Assembly: GCA_021775495.1 (NCBI GenBank)
Contig: JAJFHT010000071.1
Location: forward strand, 4,244 to 68,243
Source: Hyphomicrobiales bacterium
GTDB taxonomy: Bacteria > Pseudomonadota > Alphaproteobacteria > Rhizobiales > Rhizobiaceae
DNA: 64,000 nucleotides
Reading direction: 5' to 3'
The notes beneath the pieces are model-generated. The model ran no database searches. It was not told where the DNA came from and was given only the letters and a program-made list of their open reading frames with translations. A program made the position numbers and the translations under genes. Below, piece after piece: positions 39,831 through 52,553 of the stretch (the first letter of the stretch is position 1; each line of letters opens with the position of its first letter).

Positions 39831-39845
39831 GATCTCCGGACCTCG

Positions 39846-41354
39846 TCAGTTCGCTATGGCCACGCTTTGCGCGGCCTGCAGCGAAACAGTAATATTGTTG
39901 ATCAGCGCGTCGACGGAACCGGCGGTCGCGTCGAGAACGGGCGCTGGATAGATACCAAAAAAGAGCGTCAGTGCCGCAAGCGGATAGATCACCACCTTTT
40001 CCCGTGTCGACATGTCCAGCAACGCCTTCAGGCTCTCCTTATCAAGCGACCCGAACACCACCCGGCGGTACAGCCACAACGCATAGGCCGCCGAAAGGAT
40101 GACGCCTATCGTTGCGAAAACTGCCACCCAGGTATTAACCTGGAACACACCGATTAGCGTCAAGAACTCACCGACAAATCCGGACGTTCCCGGCAGCCCG
40201 ACATTGGCCATGGTGAAAATCATGAACACGACTGCGTATTTCGGCATGTTGTTGACCAGCCCGCCATAGGCGGAGATCTCCCTGGTGTGCATGCGGTCGT
40301 AGACAACACCGACGCACAGAAACAGTGCACTGGAGACCAGTCCGTGTGACAACATCTGGAAAATTCCGCCCTGAATGCCCTGCGCGTTCATGGCGAAAAT
40401 GCCCATCGTCACGTACCCCATATGGGCCACCGACGAATAGGCGATCAGTTTCTTCATGTCGTCCTGAACCAGGGCGACGAGAGAAGTGTAGATGATCGCA
40501 ACAATGGAAAGCGTAAATACCAACGGAGCAAAATCGGCGGAAGCAACCGGGAACATCGGCAATGAGAAGCGGATGAATCCATACCCGCCGAGCTTCAGAA
40601 GGATACCGGCCAGGATGACGGAACCGGCAGTAGGCGCCTCGACATGCGCATCGGGAAGCCAGGTATGCACTGGCCACATCGGCATTTTGACCGCAAACGA
40701 GGCGAAAAAGGCGAGCCAAAGCCAGGTTTGCATTTCCAGGGGGAACTCGTAAGCCAGCAATTCACGAATATTGGTGGTTCCGGATTCCCAGTACATGGCC
40801 ATTATGGCCAACAGCATCAAAACCGAACCGAGCAGTGTGTACAGAAAGAACTTGAAACTTGCATAGACCCGCCGGTTGCCGCCCCAGACACCAATAATGA
40901 TAAACATCGGAATGAGACCGGCTTCAAAGAAGACGTAGAACAGCACGATGTCGAGCGCGCAGAAGACACCGATCATCAGCGTTTCCAGGATCAGAAACGC
41001 GATCATGTATTCCTTGAGGCGTTTTTGAACGGATTCCCAACTGGCAAGAATGCACAACGGCATCAGGAATGTCGTCAGTATGACGAACAGCATCGAAATC
41101 CCGTCGACACCCATGTGGTAGGAAATACCTGAGTCCAGCCAGTCATGTTTCTCGACGAACTGAAATCCGGGATCTGCGTTGTCGAAATTGGCCCAGATCC
41201 ACAACGAGGTAAGAAACGTGAAGGCCGTTATCAGAAACGCAACGTTTCGGACATTGCGGCGTGCGACCTCGCCATCATCCCGAATAAACAGGATGAGCAG
41301 AACGCCAATCAGCGGTAAAAACGTGACCGTAGTAAGGATAGGCCAGTCGATCAT
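39846..41354 (-). CDS. nuoM: NADH-quinone oxidoreductase subunit M
   Basis: 502-aa antiporter-like subunit. Start overlaps the nuoL stop by 1 nt. Confidence 0.9.
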   Translation of the reverse strand: MIDWPILTTVTFLPLIGVLLILFIRDDGEVARRNVRNVAFLITAFTFLTSLWIWANFDNADPGFQFVEKHDWLDSGISYHMGVDGISMLFVILTTFLMPLCILASWESVQKRLKEYMIAFLILETLMIGVFCALDIVLFYVFFEAGLIPMFIIIGVWGGNRRVYASFKFFLYTLLGSVLMLLAIMAMYWESGTTNIRELLAYEFPLEMQTWLWLAFFASFAVKMPMWPVHTWLPDAHVEAPTAGSVILAGILLKLGGYGFIRFSLPMFPVASADFAPLVFTLSIVAIIYTSLVALVQDDMKKLIAYSSVAHMGYVTMGIFAMNAQGIQGGIFQMLSHGLVSSALFLCVGVVYDRMHTREISAYGGLVNNMPKYAVVFMIFTMANVGLPGTSGFVGEFLTLIGVFQVNTWVAVFATIGVILSAAYALWLYRRVVFGSLDKESLKALLDMSTREKVVIYPLAALTLFFGIYPAPVLDATAGSVDALINNITVSLQAAQSVAIAN

Positions 41355-43336
41355 CAGAAGGCGCTCCCGAGCATCATCCAGGTGACCAGGGCGGCGACGC
41401 CGATCAGCATTGCGAAGGCATAGTGGTAAAGAAACCCGGTCTGTAGCTTGACAACCCTGTTGGTCACATCAAGCACCCGGGCTGAGACGCCATCCGGGCC
41501 AAACCCATCTATCATCCAGCCGTCTCCGCGCTTCCACAGGAACCGCCCGAGGCGTATTGCCGGCCGGACGAACAGAAAGTCGTAGATCTCGTCGAAGTAC
41601 CACTTGTTGAGCAGAAATGCGTAGAGACCGCGATGCTGCTTGGCCAGGTTCTTCGGCATTTCCGGACGGCGAATATAAAACAGGTAGGCTGTGGCAAGCC
41701 CCAGCAACATGGCAATGAACGGCATCAGTTTGACGTAAAACGGAACGTGATGGAACTCTTCCAGAATGTTGTTATCAGGCAGAATGAACAACGCACCCTT
41801 CCAAAAATGCTCATATTCATGGCCGATGAAATATTCCACGAAGAAGATACCGGCCAGCAACGATCCCGCAGCAAGAACGAACAACGGCACCAGCATGACC
41901 AATGGAGATTCATGGGCATGATGCATTACGTCCGCTGAGGCACGCGGTTTGCCATGGAACGTCATGAATATGAGTCGCCAGGAATAGAAGCTGGTGAACA
42001 CCGCGGCTATCACCAGCAATCCGAAGGCGATCCCGGCAAACGCATTCTCGCCAACGAACGCCGTTTCGATAATCGCGTCCTTGGAGAAGAAGCCGGCGGT
42101 TCCGATCAGCGTCGCCGGAATACCGACACCGGTAAGGGATATCGTTCCGATGATCATCATCCAATAGGTCATCGGAACGTATTTTCGCAATCCGCCCATG
42201 CGACGCATGTCCTGCTCATCCGACACGGCATGGATAACCGAACCGGCGCCGAGAAACAGGAGCGCCTTGAAAAAGGCATGCGTGAAGAGATGGAAGATTG
42301 CGACGCCATAAGCCCCGACACCGAGAGCCACGAACATGTACCCCAACTGGGAACAGGTCGAATAGGCGATGACCCGTTTGATGTCATTTTGGACCAGACC
42401 GACCGTCGCGGCAAAGAAGGCGGTGAACGCCCCGACAAGGGTCACGACGGAAAGCGCCGTATGCGACAGCTCGAAAATCGGCGACAGGCGCGCCACCATG
42501 AAAACGCCGGCCGTCACCATTGTGGCCGCGTGGATCAGCGCGGAAACCGGCGTCGGGCCTTCCATGGCATCGGGCAGCCATGTGTGCAGCGGAACCTGCG
42601 CGGATTTGCCCATGGCCCCCATGAACAGAAGCAGACAAATCGCCGTCAGAGCGGTTGATTTATCGAGTTCCATTCCAAGGAAATCGAGCGCGACCTCCCC
42701 GCCGGCCGATGCGCCACCTGAGAGATTTGCGGCATTGGTGAACACCGTCTCCAGATTGATCGAACCGAATAGCACGAAGATGCCGAATATCCCCAATGCG
42801 AAGCCAAAATCACCAATACGGTTGACAATAAACGCTTTCATCGCCGCACTGTTGGCCGAGGGTTTGCGGTACCAGAAACCGATCAGCAGATAGGACGCCA
42901 GTCCGACCCCTTCCCAGCCAAAGAACATCTGAACCAGATTGTCCGATGTCACCAGCATCAGCATGGCGAAGGTAAACAATGACAGATAGGCAAAGAACCG
43001 CGGACGATGCGGATCATGGTGCATATAGCCGATCGAGTAGATATGAACGACTGCCGATACGGTGTTGACCACCACCAGCATCACCACCGTCAGCGTGTCT
43101 ATACGCAGGGCCCAATCGACATCGAGGCCGCCGGACTGGATGAAACGCAATACCGGCACGGTGAAAGCTTCGCCTTCGCCGAATCCAACTGCAAAAAATG
43201 CAATCCACGACAGCACTGCCGAAATGACCATGAAGCCCGAAGTGACATATTCTGAACCGCGCACTCCAATTGAACGGGAGAACAGCCCGGCAATCAGACA
43301 GCCGAGCAGAGGGAGAAAGACGATCGCTTGATACAT
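41354..43336 (-). CDS. nuoL: NADH-quinone oxidoreductase subunit L
   Basis: 660-aa antiporter-like subunit with a C-terminal lateral-helix extension. Confidence 0.9.
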   Translation of the reverse strand: MYQAIVFLPLLGCLIAGLFSRSIGVRGSEYVTSGFMVISAVLSWIAFFAVGFGEGEAFTVPVLRFIQSGGLDVDWALRIDTLTVVMLVVVNTVSAVVHIYSIGYMHHDPHRPRFFAYLSLFTFAMLMLVTSDNLVQMFFGWEGVGLASYLLIGFWYRKPSANSAAMKAFIVNRIGDFGFALGIFGIFVLFGSINLETVFTNAANLSGGASAGGEVALDFLGMELDKSTALTAICLLLFMGAMGKSAQVPLHTWLPDAMEGPTPVSALIHAATMVTAGVFMVARLSPIFELSHTALSVVTLVGAFTAFFAATVGLVQNDIKRVIAYSTCSQLGYMFVALGVGAYGVAIFHLFTHAFFKALLFLGAGSVIHAVSDEQDMRRMGGLRKYVPMTYWMMIIGTISLTGVGIPATLIGTAGFFSKDAIIETAFVGENAFAGIAFGLLVIAAVFTSFYSWRLIFMTFHGKPRASADVMHHAHESPLVMLVPLFVLAAGSLLAGIFFVEYFIGHEYEHFWKGALFILPDNNILEEFHHVPFYVKLMPFIAMLLGLATAYLFYIRRPEMPKNLAKQHRGLYAFLLNKWYFDEIYDFLFVRPAIRLGRFLWKRGDGWMIDGFGPDGVSARVLDVTNRVVKLQTGFLYHYAFAMLIGVAALVTWMMLGSAF

Positions 43337-43351
43337 TTGCCGGTCCTCGCC

Positions 43352-43660
43352 TCAGCCCTTCATCACGTTGACATCTTCGACCGCGATCGAGCCGCGGTTG
43401 CGGTAGAAGACCACAAGGATTGCCAGGCCGATCGCCGCTTCAGCCGCCGCAACAGTCAGAACAAACAGCGCAAATACCTGGCCGACGAGGTCACCGAGCG
43501 CCGCTGAAAAAGCAACAAAATTGATGTTGACCGCAAGCAAAATGAGCTCGATCGACATCAGGATGATAATGACATTCTTGCGGTTCAGGAAAATTCCGAA
43601 CACGCCCATAGTGAACAGGATTGCAGAAACGGTGAGAAAATGTGCGATGCCGACTTCCAT
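43352..43660 (-). CDS. nuoK: NADH-quinone oxidoreductase subunit K
   Basis: 102 aa, three helices, conserved [11 protein letters not shown]...[13 protein letters not shown]. Confidence 0.9.
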   Translation of the reverse strand: MEVGIAHFLTVSAILFTMGVFGIFLNRKNVIIILMSIELILLAVNINFVAFSAALGDLVGQVFALFVLTVAAAEAAIGLAILVVFYRNRGSIAVEDVNVMKG

Positions 43661-43671
43661 GATTGCGCCTG

Positions 43672-44292
43672 TCAGATGCCCTTGCCCGTTTCGACCTGTT
43701 TGATCTCGATTGCCGTCGCTGGCGTGCGAGCAACCTGAGCCGAGATATTCTGCCGCTTCACCCCGGGTTTATGGCGGAGCGTCAGAACAATCGCGCCAAT
43801 CATGGCGACCAGCAGGATCAGACCGGCAATTTGAAAAAAGTAGATGTAGTCTGTGTAGAGAATATCCCCGAGCGCAGCGGTGTTGTGCCGCTCGGCCAGG
43901 TCCGGTGTCGGCCTCGCCGTCTTGATGCCGAGTTCGGGGGAAAATGCCGACCCTCCGAGCACGATCACAAGCTCGGCAGCCAGAACGATACCGACAAGCG
44001 CACCAATCGGCGCATATTGCAGAGCGCCGGATTTCAGTTCGGCAAAATCGACATCGAGCATCATGACGACGAACAGGAACAGGACAGCGACGGCACCGAC
44101 ATAGACGACAAGCAGAATCATCGCCAGGAACTCAGCTCCGGCAAGCATGAACAACCCTGCCGCATTGACAAAGGCGAGGATCAGAAAAAGCACCGAATGA
44201 ACCGGGTTTCTGGACGCAATTACCATGAAGCCGGCGGCGACCACCACGAAGGCGAACAGGTAGAAAAAAGCCGCCTCAAGTCCTGTCAGCAT
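43672..44292 (-). CDS. nuoJ: NADH-quinone oxidoreductase subunit J
   Basis: 206-aa membrane protein at the expected position in the nuo order. Confidence 0.9.
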   Translation of the reverse strand: MLTGLEAAFFYLFAFVVVAAGFMVIASRNPVHSVLFLILAFVNAAGLFMLAGAEFLAMILLVVYVGAVAVLFLFVVMMLDVDFAELKSGALQYAPIGALVGIVLAAELVIVLGGSAFSPELGIKTARPTPDLAERHNTAALGDILYTDYIYFFQIAGLILLVAMIGAIVLTLRHKPGVKRQNISAQVARTPATAIEIKQVETGKGI

Positions 44293-44431
44293 GGGTTCCC
44301 CCGGGGTTAACCGGACAGGCCAGGTTTCAGGCCCGTCCTGTGGTGATTTTCACATTCGCGCGAAACGCCGATACCGGCCTGCCGCGCAGCTTCAATAGAC
44401 GAGCCATTCCAGCCCGTCCATAGGGTCTCAG

Positions 44432-44923
44432 TCATCGATACGGTGCATCGAGAACCATATTCTGAGCAATCTCCCGCTCCCAGCGATCGCCGTTGGCGAG
44501 AAGCTTTTCCTTGTCGTAGTAAAGTTCCTCACGGGTCTCCGTCGCAAATTCGAAATTCGGGCCCTCAACGATTGCATCGACCGGGCAAGCTTCCTGACAG
44601 AATCCGCAGTAAATACACTTGACCATGTCGATGTCGTAACGAACCGTCCGGCGGGTTCCGTCATTACGGCGGGGGCCCGCCTCGATGGTAATGGCCTGAG
44701 CCGGACATATCGCTTCGCAAAGTTTGCAGGCAATGCAGCGCTCTTCCCCGTTGGGGTAGCGACGCAACGCATGTTCGCCTCGAAACCGCGGCGATATCGG
44801 CCCTTTTTCATGTGGATAGTTCAGCGTCTTCTTCGGCGAGAAGAATTGCCGCATCGACAGCACGAATGCGCGTCCGAACTCCAGCAGCAGCAGCGATTTG
44901 GCCGCCTGAAACACACCTGCCAT
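44432..44923 (-). CDS. nuoI: NADH-quinone oxidoreductase subunit I (2x[4Fe-4S] ferredoxin)
   Basis: Two CxxCxxCxxxCP motifs ([24 protein letters not shown]). ATG at 44923 with GGAGG 6 nt upstream. Confidence 0.9.
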   Translation of the reverse strand: MAGVFQAAKSLLLLEFGRAFVLSMRQFFSPKKTLNYPHEKGPISPRFRGEHALRRYPNGEERCIACKLCEAICPAQAITIEAGPRRNDGTRRTVRYDIDMVKCIYCGFCQEACPVDAIVEGPNFEFATETREELYYDKEKLLANGDRWEREIAQNMVLDAPYR

Positions 44924-44960
44924 CAGCAACCTCCAAAGTTAAGTGCAGCAAGGCCGGGCA

Positions 44961-46007
44961 TCACGCGACCCAACCGGTGAATTTCAGCACGGCCGCCGTC
45001 GCGACCACCATGAAAAGCGAGATCGGCAGGAACACCTTCCAACCCAGGCGCATCAGCTGGTCATAGCGGTATCGCGGCACAAAAGCCTTGACCATGGAGA
45101 TCATGAAGAAAACCAGGCAGACCTTGAGAATGAACCACACCGCTCCCGGCACCCAGGTAAATGGCGCAAAATCGAATGGTGGCAGCCAGCCGCCCAGGAA
45201 CAGGATTGTGGTCAGCGCGCACATCAGCACGATCGCCACGTACTCGCCGAGGAAGAACAGCAGAAACGGCGTCGAGGAATATTCGATCATGTGGCCGGCG
45301 ACGAGTTCCGATTCGGCCTCGACCAGATCGAAAGGCGGACGGTTGGTTTCCGCCAGTGCCGATATGAAAAAGATGATGAACATAGGGAACAGCGCCAGCC
45401 AGTGCCAGTCCAGCAGGCTGCTCGAAAAACCAAGCCGTGTTCCAAGCCCGTCGCTCTGTGACAGGACGATATCGGTCAGATTGAGCGAGCCGACGCACAA
45501 TAGCACCGTAATGATCACAAAGCCGATCGACACTTCATAGGAAACCATCTGGGCTGCGGAGCGCAGCGCGGCCAAAAACGGGTATTTCGAGTTGGACGCC
45601 CAGCCGCCCATGATCACGCCATAGACTTCCAGAGAGGCGATTGCAAAGACGAACAGGATTCCGACATTGATATCGGCAATCGCCCAGTTCTGGTCGATCG
45701 GAATCACCGCCCATGTCGCCAGTGCAAGGACAGCGGAAACAAGGGGAGCGAGAAGAAACACGCCCTTGTTCGCTCCGGACGGAATGACCGGTTCCTTGAA
45801 CACGAATTTCAAAAGATCGGCAAATGCCTGAAGCAATCCAAACGGACCAACGACATTGGGACCTTTGCGCAATTGCACGGCTGCCCAAATCTTGCGATCG
45901 GCGTAGAGGATATAGGCTACGAAGATCAGCAGTGCGACCAGAAACACGACCGATTTCAGCAGAATGATCAGCGCGGGCAGAACATATGTAATGAAAAAAC
46001 CGTCCAT
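44961..46007 (-). CDS. nuoH: NADH-quinone oxidoreductase subunit H
   Basis: 348-aa polytopic protein with conserved [14 protein letters not shown] and ETNRPPFDL motifs. Confidence 0.9.
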   Translation of the reverse strand: MDGFFITYVLPALIILLKSVVFLVALLIFVAYILYADRKIWAAVQLRKGPNVVGPFGLLQAFADLLKFVFKEPVIPSGANKGVFLLAPLVSAVLALATWAVIPIDQNWAIADINVGILFVFAIASLEVYGVIMGGWASNSKYPFLAALRSAAQMVSYEVSIGFVIITVLLCVGSLNLTDIVLSQSDGLGTRLGFSSSLLDWHWLALFPMFIIFFISALAETNRPPFDLVEAESELVAGHMIEYSSTPFLLFFLGEYVAIVLMCALTTILFLGGWLPPFDFAPFTWVPGAVWFILKVCLVFFMISMVKAFVPRYRYDQLMRLGWKVFLPISLFMVVATAAVLKFTGWVA

Positions 46008-46019
46008 GAAATTCCGCCC

Positions 46020-48101
46020 CTATTCCGCCGCAACGGCACGCTGGCCGCTTGCCAATGCCGAACATTCGGCCATGACCGACGATGCGCGTGCGATCGGATT
46101 TGTCAGATAGAAATCCCGAACCGATGAAACAAAGGCGGATTTCGTCAGGCGTCCGCCGGCCTTTTCCAACCGGAAAACATCAGCCGGATCTCCGGCTGCA
46201 ATCTGGTCGATCGCAGCCAGATGGGGGTGTGTCTCATAAAGCCTGGATCGAAGTGCCGCCAGCGAGTCGAACGGCAGCCGGCATCCCAGCGTGTCCGACA
46301 GGGCACGTAGTATCGCCCAGTCCTCACGGGCCGAACCCGGTGGGAATGTGGCTCGCGTGGCCATTTGTACGCGGCCTTCCGTGTTGACATACGTGCCGCT
46401 CTTTTCCGGAAACGCCGCTCCGGGCAGAATGACATCCGCACGGTGCGCGCCGCCGTCGCCATGGGTACCGATGTAAACCGTGAAGGCGGATCCAATTCTG
46501 CTCATATTGAGCTCGTCAGCGCCCAGCAGAAACAATACGTCCATCGCCCCCATCATCTCGGCGACGTTCCGGCCGCCCTCACCAGGTACGAACCCGATGT
46601 CGAGAGCGCCAACGCGAGCAGCCGCGGTGTGCAGGATACCGAATCCGTTCCAGTCCGGCCCGACGGCACCGGTCACGCCGGCAATTTTTGCCGCCATGGA
46701 CAGGATCAGTTTGCTGTCAGAGCGGGTCAAAGCACCCTGCCCGACGATGATCATCGGACGTTCGGCACGCTTGAGGACGGAAAGGAATTTTCCCTTGCCG
46801 TCCGCGAGTTCCTTCAATGTTTCCGGCCCGGTCCCGAGCATTTCATGGTCGTAACGCAGATCGCCGAAATCGCCCACCACGCCAATGGGGAAACCGCCGG
46901 CGCGCCAGCGTTTGCGAATGCGGGCGTTCAGCACCGACGCCTCGAACCGCGGATTTGCACCAATGATCAGCAAGGCGTCCGCATCCTCAATGCCGTCGAT
47001 GGTCGGATTGAACAGATAGCTTGCCCTTCCGTGGGCGGGATCAAGCACCGCACCGTCCTGGCGGCAATCCATGTTGGAACTGCCAAGGCCGGTCATCAGT
47101 TCCTTCAGCGCGAAAACCTCTTCGACGGCCGCCAGATCTCCGCTGATGGCGCCGATCTTGTCGGATGTCGTTTTGCCGATCGCCTGGGAAATGGCATCGA
47201 ATGCCTCGTTCCAGCTTGCCGCTGTGAGTTTGCCGTCTTTGCGCACGTAGGGCTGGTCAAGCCTCTGGGTGCGGAGCCCGTCCCAGATGAATCGGGTTTT
47301 GTCTGATATCCATTCCTCGTTCACCGCCTCATTGATCCGAGGCATGATCCGCATCACTTCGCGGCCACGGCTGTCGACCCGGATTGCCGACCCGACTGCG
47401 TCCATCACATCAATGGTTTCGGTCTTGGTCAGTTCCCATGGCCGCGCCTGGAACGCGTAGGGTTTCGACGTCAAAGCGCCGACCGGGCAAAGGTCGATCA
47501 CGTTGCCCTGCAACTCGGACGTCATTGCCTGTTCAAGATAGGTGGTGATTTCCGCGTCCTCGCCCCGTCCCAACAGGCCAAGTTCCGAAATACCGGCAAT
47601 TTCCGTCGTGAAACGAACACACCGTGTGCAGTGAATGCAGCGTGTCATGATGGTTTTGACGAGCGGACCGATATATTTGTCCTCAACGGCCCGCTTGTTT
47701 TCACTGTAGCGCGAGGAATCCATGCCAAAGGCCATGGCCTGATCCTGCAGATCGCATTCGCCGCCCTGATCGCAGATCGGGCAATCCAGCGGATGATTGA
47801 TCAGCAGGAACTCCATCACCCCTTCGCGAGCCTTCTTGACCATCGGAGTGTTGGTGAAGACTTCAGGCAATTCGCCATTCGGTCCCGGACGAAGATCGCG
47901 CACGCCCATGGCACAGGAAGCAGCCGGTTTCGGCGGCCCGCCCTTGACCTCGACAAGGCACATTCGGCAGTTGCCGGCGATCGACAGCCGTTCGTGGAAA
48001 CAAAACCGCGGCACTTCGGCGCCCGCCTCTTCGGCGGCCTGCAGCAGCGTGTAGTGATCGGGAACTTCGATCTCGTTTCCGTCGACGCGCAGTTTCGTCA
48101 T
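46020..48101 (-). CDS. nuoG: NADH-quinone oxidoreductase subunit G
   Basis: Start set to the ATG at 48101 ([27 protein letters not shown]), matching rhizobial NuoG N-termini. 2Fe-2S and 4Fe-4S Cys clusters. 693 aa. Confidence 0.9.
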   Translation of the reverse strand: MTKLRVDGNEIEVPDHYTLLQAAEEAGAEVPRFCFHERLSIAGNCRMCLVEVKGGPPKPAASCAMGVRDLRPGPNGELPEVFTNTPMVKKAREGVMEFLLINHPLDCPICDQGGECDLQDQAMAFGMDSSRYSENKRAVEDKYIGPLVKTIMTRCIHCTRCVRFTTEIAGISELGLLGRGEDAEITTYLEQAMTSELQGNVIDLCPVGALTSKPYAFQARPWELTKTETIDVMDAVGSAIRVDSRGREVMRIMPRINEAVNEEWISDKTRFIWDGLRTQRLDQPYVRKDGKLTAASWNEAFDAISQAIGKTTSDKIGAISGDLAAVEEVFALKELMTGLGSSNMDCRQDGAVLDPAHGRASYLFNPTIDGIEDADALLIIGANPRFEASVLNARIRKRWRAGGFPIGVVGDFGDLRYDHEMLGTGPETLKELADGKGKFLSVLKRAERPMIIVGQGALTRSDSKLILSMAAKIAGVTGAVGPDWNGFGILHTAAARVGALDIGFVPGEGGRNVAEMMGAMDVLFLLGADELNMSRIGSAFTVYIGTHGDGGAHRADVILPGAAFPEKSGTYVNTEGRVQMATRATFPPGSAREDWAILRALSDTLGCRLPFDSLAALRSRLYETHPHLAAIDQIAAGDPADVFRLEKAGGRLTKSAFVSSVRDFYLTNPIARASSVMAECSALASGQRAVAAE

Positions 48102-48192
48102 CGTGCGTTCAGTCCCGCTTTTTTGCCGGTAGCAGGTCGGACCGGAACACCGGCTTCCACCACATCGGCAATACCCATTCTCCCGGTTGTCT

Positions 48193-48855
48193 TCATGACA
48201 CACCGTCTTTCGTTTTACTCATTGCCCCGGCCTGGGCGATCCAGCCGTCCCGGTCAATGCGTCCCTTGAACTGCAAATAGTCGTCTACCCAACTGATTTC
48301 CGAGGGTGCCCAAAGCGAGATCTGCTCAAAAGTCCAGATTCCCAATCCGTGTAGAACCTGTTCAAGCTTTGGCCCAATCCCCGAGATCCGCTTGAGATCG
48401 TCAATCTTGTCCGGGCGCTGCATGGAAGGCGGTTGTACCGATACCGGATCGGCAGCACTTATCGTTGCACCTGGCTCATCCGAAGCCACAGAACTTGCAG
48501 GTGCCTTTACCTCGTGCGGTTCATCAGACCATGAGTCCGTCGGCTCGTTGATGGTTTCAGGAAATTTTGTCCAGTTCAAAAAAGCAGACATTGGGTCGGA
48601 GCTACCGAATGATGCGCCGGTCGAGCGACGCGACGCTTCCATCGCTCCCGCCATGGTGCCGGCAACAAGGCCCATCATATGTCCGGCCACTCCGAAACCG
48701 ATCGCCGACACCGCAGCAAGTCCCGCGACCGGATGGGCCATCAGATTTGCAGCAGCCCGGTAATCTATGCCTGGAAATCCGTTCTCAGCCGTCATCTTTG
48801 CGCCTTGTATTCCTGACTCTTCGATCGTTTCATCTGTTGCGGGACGTTTCGACAC
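48193..48855 (-). CDS. hypothetical protein embedded between nuoF and nuoG: Gly/Ala-rich hydrophobic N-region plus C-terminal HhH/H3TH-like module
   Basis: 220-aa ORF (GTG at 48855; alternative ATG at 48795 gives 200 aa), same strand as nuo. Its C-terminal ~65 aa ([31 protein letters not shown]...[14 protein letters not shown]) is about 50% identical to the C-terminal end of NuoE in this window. Confidence 0.65.
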   Translation of the reverse strand: MSKRPATDETIEESGIQGAKMTAENGFPGIDYRAAANLMAHPVAGLAAVSAIGFGVAGHMMGLVAGTMAGAMEASRRSTGASFGSSDPMSAFLNWTKFPETINEPTDSWSDEPHEVKAPASSVASDEPGATISAADPVSVQPPSMQRPDKIDDLKRISGIGPKLEQVLHGLGIWTFEQISLWAPSEISWVDDYLQFKGRIDRDGWIAQAGAMSKTKDGVS

Positions 48856-48922
48856 TGATCATTTCCTTGTCGTTTGCCCATCCCTCGCCGGCACGTTGTC
48901 TCGCGCGCCGACTCCCCGGCTC

Positions 48923-50230
48923 CTATTCAGCCGCCTCGAGCACCGGCTCCTGATCCGATGAGGCGTTTCTGGTAAATTCGTCAATCCGACGTTCAACTTC
49001 CGGCCGGAAGTGCCGTATCAAACCCTGTATTGGCCAAGCGGCCGCATCACCCAGGGCGCAGATCGTATGCCCCTCAACCTGCTTTGTGACGTCCAGCAAC
49101 ATGTCGATTTCACGTTTCTGGGCTTCACCGCGCACCAGCCGTTCCATCACACGCCACATCCACCCGGTACCTTCCCGGCAGGGTGTGCACTGACCACAGG
49201 ACTCATGCTTGTAGAAATAGCTCAGCCGGGCAATGGCTTTGACGATGTCGGTCGACTTGTCCATCACAATCACGGCGGCCGTGCCAAGTCCGGATTTCAG
49301 ATCGCGCAGCGAATCGAAATCCATCGAACAATCGACAATCTGACTGGCGGGCACGCAGGGAACCGAAGACCCTCCCGGAATGACGGCAAGAAGATTATCC
49401 CAGCCGCCCCGAACGCCGCCGCAATGCCGGTCGATCAGTTCCTTGAACGGTATGCTCATTTCCTCTTCGACGGTGCAGGGGTTTTCCACATGTCCCGAGA
49501 TGCAGAATAATTTGGTGCCGCTGTTGTTCGGCTTGCCAAAGCCGGCAAACCAGCCGGCACCACGACGCAGGATGGTCGGTGCGACCGCGATTGACTCGAC
49601 ATTGTTGACCGTGGTCGGACAACCATAGAGCCCGACATTGGCGGGAAATGGCGGCTTCAGGCGCGGCTGGCCCTTTTTCCCTTCCAGGCTTTCCAGCAGC
49701 GCTGTTTCCTCGCCGCAGATGTAAGCACCGGCGCCGTGGTGGACGAAAACGTCGAAATCCCAGCCGTTCTTGTTGTTTTTGCCAAGCAGCCCGGCTTCAT
49801 AGGCCTCATCAACAGCGAGTTGCAGCGCTTCACGTTCCCGGATGAATTCGCCGCGAACATAGATGTACGCCGTATGGGCACCCATAGCGAAGCCGGCGAT
49901 CAGGCAGCCCTCAACCAATGTGTGAGGTTCGTGACGCAAGATATCGCGATCCTTGCAGGTTCCAGGCTCCGACTCGTCTGCGTTGACGACGAGATAGTGC
50001 GGACGACCATCGTCGCCCTTCGGCATGAAGGACCATTTCAGTCCGGTCGGAAATCCCGCACCGCCACGGCCGCGCAGACCGGACGATTTCATTTCGTTGA
50101 TGATCCAGTCGCGCCCCTTGGCGATCAGGCCTTTGGTGCCGTCCCAGTGGCCACGAGCCATTGCGCCCTTCAGGCTGCGGTCGAAACGACCATAAATATT
50201 GGTGAAAATGCGGTCCTGGTCCTCAAGCAT
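48923..50230 (-). CDS. nuoF: NADH-quinone oxidoreductase subunit F
   Basis: 435 aa. FMN/NADH-binding [10 protein letters not shown] motif and a 4Fe-4S motif ([12 protein letters not shown]). Confidence 0.95.
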   Translation of the reverse strand: MLEDQDRIFTNIYGRFDRSLKGAMARGHWDGTKGLIAKGRDWIINEMKSSGLRGRGGAGFPTGLKWSFMPKGDDGRPHYLVVNADESEPGTCKDRDILRHEPHTLVEGCLIAGFAMGAHTAYIYVRGEFIREREALQLAVDEAYEAGLLGKNNKNGWDFDVFVHHGAGAYICGEETALLESLEGKKGQPRLKPPFPANVGLYGCPTTVNNVESIAVAPTILRRGAGWFAGFGKPNNSGTKLFCISGHVENPCTVEEEMSIPFKELIDRHCGGVRGGWDNLLAVIPGGSSVPCVPASQIVDCSMDFDSLRDLKSGLGTAAVIVMDKSTDIVKAIARLSYFYKHESCGQCTPCREGTGWMWRVMERLVRGEAQKREIDMLLDVTKQVEGHTICALGDAAAWPIQGLIRHFRPEVERRIDEFTRNASSDQEPVLEAAE

Positions 50231-50300
50231 TTTTCATCCCCACTTCACCTGATTTCCTGGTCCGTTTCGCCTCACAAGCAAATGTCATCATGGCCATCCG

Positions 50301-51347
50301 CTAACGTGGTTTCTTGCCGAAGACACGCACATATTCATCGACGCCTTTGGACAGCGCGCGGGCCTGCTTGACCCAGTCTTCGCGCTCGATCCTGCCTTTG
50401 AACTTCAGGTAACCATCGACCCATTCGCGTTCCGCCTTCTTCCAGCCGGAAACCTGTTTGAAGGTGAAAATCCCCAACTCATGAAGAATGCCCTCAATCT
50501 TGGGGCCGACACCGGAAATCAGCCGCAGATTGTCGGGCGACGCCGGGCGCTCCATGGCAACGGGACGGTTCTTGTCCTGCAGGGTCGGTTGTTTGGTTTC
50601 GATGGCAGCCGCTTTGGCGGGGGCCGGCTTCTCCGCAGGTGCTTTGGTCTCAGTCTTTGCAGGCTTTGCCGCGCTGCCATTCTTTGCGGCCGGCTTTTTC
50701 TCACCGGCTTTGCCGCGATTGCGTTTCAAAAGAATTTTTTCGTCGGTCAGACAGGTCAGTCCGGACAGCGGCTCGGAACATTCCCTGCCGTTCTGCGGTC
50801 CAGGCTTGATTTTGCCGCCTTTACCGCTGGCAAACGCATCGATGATTTCCTCAAGCCGTTCCGGGCTCAAATCCTCATAGGTATCTTTGAAGATCATGAC
50901 CATCGGTGCATTGGCACAAGCTCCGAGACACTCGACTTCCTCCCAGGAAAGAGTTCCGTCGGAATTAGTCTGGAATTGCTCTTCGGAAATCCGGGACTTG
51001 CAAACGCGCATCAGGTCTTCCGATCCGCGTAGCATGCAAGGGGTTGTGCCGCAGACCTGGACATGCGCCCGTGTGCCAACCGGCTTGAGCTGAAACTGGG
51101 TATAGAATGTCGCAACCTCAAGAGCCCTAATATAGGGCATATCCAGCATATCTGCGATTGCTTCAATTGAAGCCCTGGTGACCCAGCCTTCCTGTTCCTG
51201 GGCGCGCATCAGCAACGGAATGACCGCCGACTGTTCGCGTCCCTTGGGATATTTTTTTATCGTCCTTTTCGCCCATGCGCCATTGGCGCGATTAAAGGTA
51301 AAACCTTCCGGCTGAAACTCAGGATCTGCAAGACGGCGCACAGACAT
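50301..51347 (-). CDS. nuoE: NADH-quinone oxidoreductase subunit E with a ~150-aa C-terminal extension
   Basis: The N-terminal ~190 aa carry the NuoE 2Fe-2S Cys pattern (VCGTTPC...ECLGAC). This is followed by a K/A/P-rich low-complexity linker and an HhH/H3TH-like module. Confidence 0.9.
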   Translation of the reverse strand: MSVRRLADPEFQPEGFTFNRANGAWAKRTIKKYPKGREQSAVIPLLMRAQEQEGWVTRASIEAIADMLDMPYIRALEVATFYTQFQLKPVGTRAHVQVCGTTPCMLRGSEDLMRVCKSRISEEQFQTNSDGTLSWEEVECLGACANAPMVMIFKDTYEDLSPERLEEIIDAFASGKGGKIKPGPQNGRECSEPLSGLTCLTDEKILLKRNRGKAGEKKPAAKNGSAAKPAKTETKAPAEKPAPAKAAAIETKQPTLQDKNRPVAMERPASPDNLRLISGVGPKIEGILHELGIFTFKQVSGWKKAEREWVDGYLKFKGRIEREDWVKQARALSKGVDEYVRVFGKKPR

Positions 51348-52538
51348 CTATCGATCAACCTCACCAAACACGATATCGAGAGAGCCAAGGACTGCCGACA
51401 CGTCGGCCAGCATGTGGCCTTTCGAGACAAAATCCATGGCTTGGAGATGAGCAAAACCCGGCGCACGCAGTTTGCACCGATAGGGTTTGTTCGAGCCATC
51501 GGAAACCAGAAAGACCCCGAACTCGCCCTTGGGGGCTTCAACCGCGGAATACACCTCGCCGGCCGGTACATGGTAGCCCTCGGTATAGAGCTTGAAATGA
51601 TGGATCAATGCTTCCATCGAACGCTTCATTTCTCCACGGCTCGGCGGCACGATCTTGTTGTCTGTCGACGAGACCGGACCGGTCTTCTCGGATCCGAGCA
51701 GTTGCTCAACGCACTGCTTCATGATGCGAACCGACTGACGCATTTCTTCCATGCGGATCAGGTAACGGTCATAACAATCGCCGTTCTTTCCAACCGGAAT
51801 ATCGAAAGCCATTTCCGAATAGCATTCATAGGGTTGAGACTTGCGCAGGTCCCACGCCGCGCCGGACCCGCGCACCATGACGCCCGAGAATCCCCAGGCC
51901 CAGGCATCTTCGATCCTGACGGTGCCGATGTCGACATTGCGCTGTTTGAAGATGCGATTTCCCGTCAACAGGCTGTCGAGATCGTCGACAACCTTCAGGA
52001 ACGGATCACACCAGTTGCCGATATCCTCAACCAGTTCAGGCGGCAGGTCCTGGTGCACGCCGCCGGGGCGCACATATGCGGCATGCATGCGCGCCCCGCA
52101 GGCGCGCTCATAGAACACCATGAGTTTTTCACGTTCTTCGAATCCCCAAAGCGGCGGTGTCAGCGCACCGACGTCGAGCGCCTGGGTCGTCACGTTAAGC
52201 AGATGCGACAGAATGCGGCCGATCTCGGAATAGAGAACTCTGACAAGTTGGCCGCGTTTTGGAACGGTGATGCTCGCCAGACGTTCGACTGCCAGCGCGA
52301 AGGCATGTTCCTGATTCATCGGCGCGACATAGTCCAGCCTGTCGAAATACGGCACGGCCTGCAGATAGGTCTTGTGCTCGATCAGCTTTTCGGTGCCCCG
52401 GTGCAACAGGCCGATATGCGGATCCACCCGTTCAACCACCTCGCCGTCCAGTTCCAGCACCAGGCGCAAAACACCGTGCGCGGCCGGATGCTGCGGCCCG
52501 AAGTTGATGTTGAAATTGCGGACACTGTGTTCGGTCAT
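51348..52538 (-). CDS. nuoD: NADH-quinone oxidoreductase subunit D
   Basis: 396 aa. [15 protein letters not shown] and a C-terminal [13 protein letters not shown]. Confidence 0.95.
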   Translation of the reverse strand: MTEHSVRNFNINFGPQHPAAHGVLRLVLELDGEVVERVDPHIGLLHRGTEKLIEHKTYLQAVPYFDRLDYVAPMNQEHAFALAVERLASITVPKRGQLVRVLYSEIGRILSHLLNVTTQALDVGALTPPLWGFEEREKLMVFYERACGARMHAAYVRPGGVHQDLPPELVEDIGNWCDPFLKVVDDLDSLLTGNRIFKQRNVDIGTVRIEDAWAWGFSGVMVRGSGAAWDLRKSQPYECYSEMAFDIPVGKNGDCYDRYLIRMEEMRQSVRIMKQCVEQLLGSEKTGPVSSTDNKIVPPSRGEMKRSMEALIHHFKLYTEGYHVPAGEVYSAVEAPKGEFGVFLVSDGSNKPYRCKLRAPGFAHLQAMDFVSKGHMLADVSAVLGSLDIVFGEVDR

Positions 52539-52553
52539 CGACGATCCGCCTTC

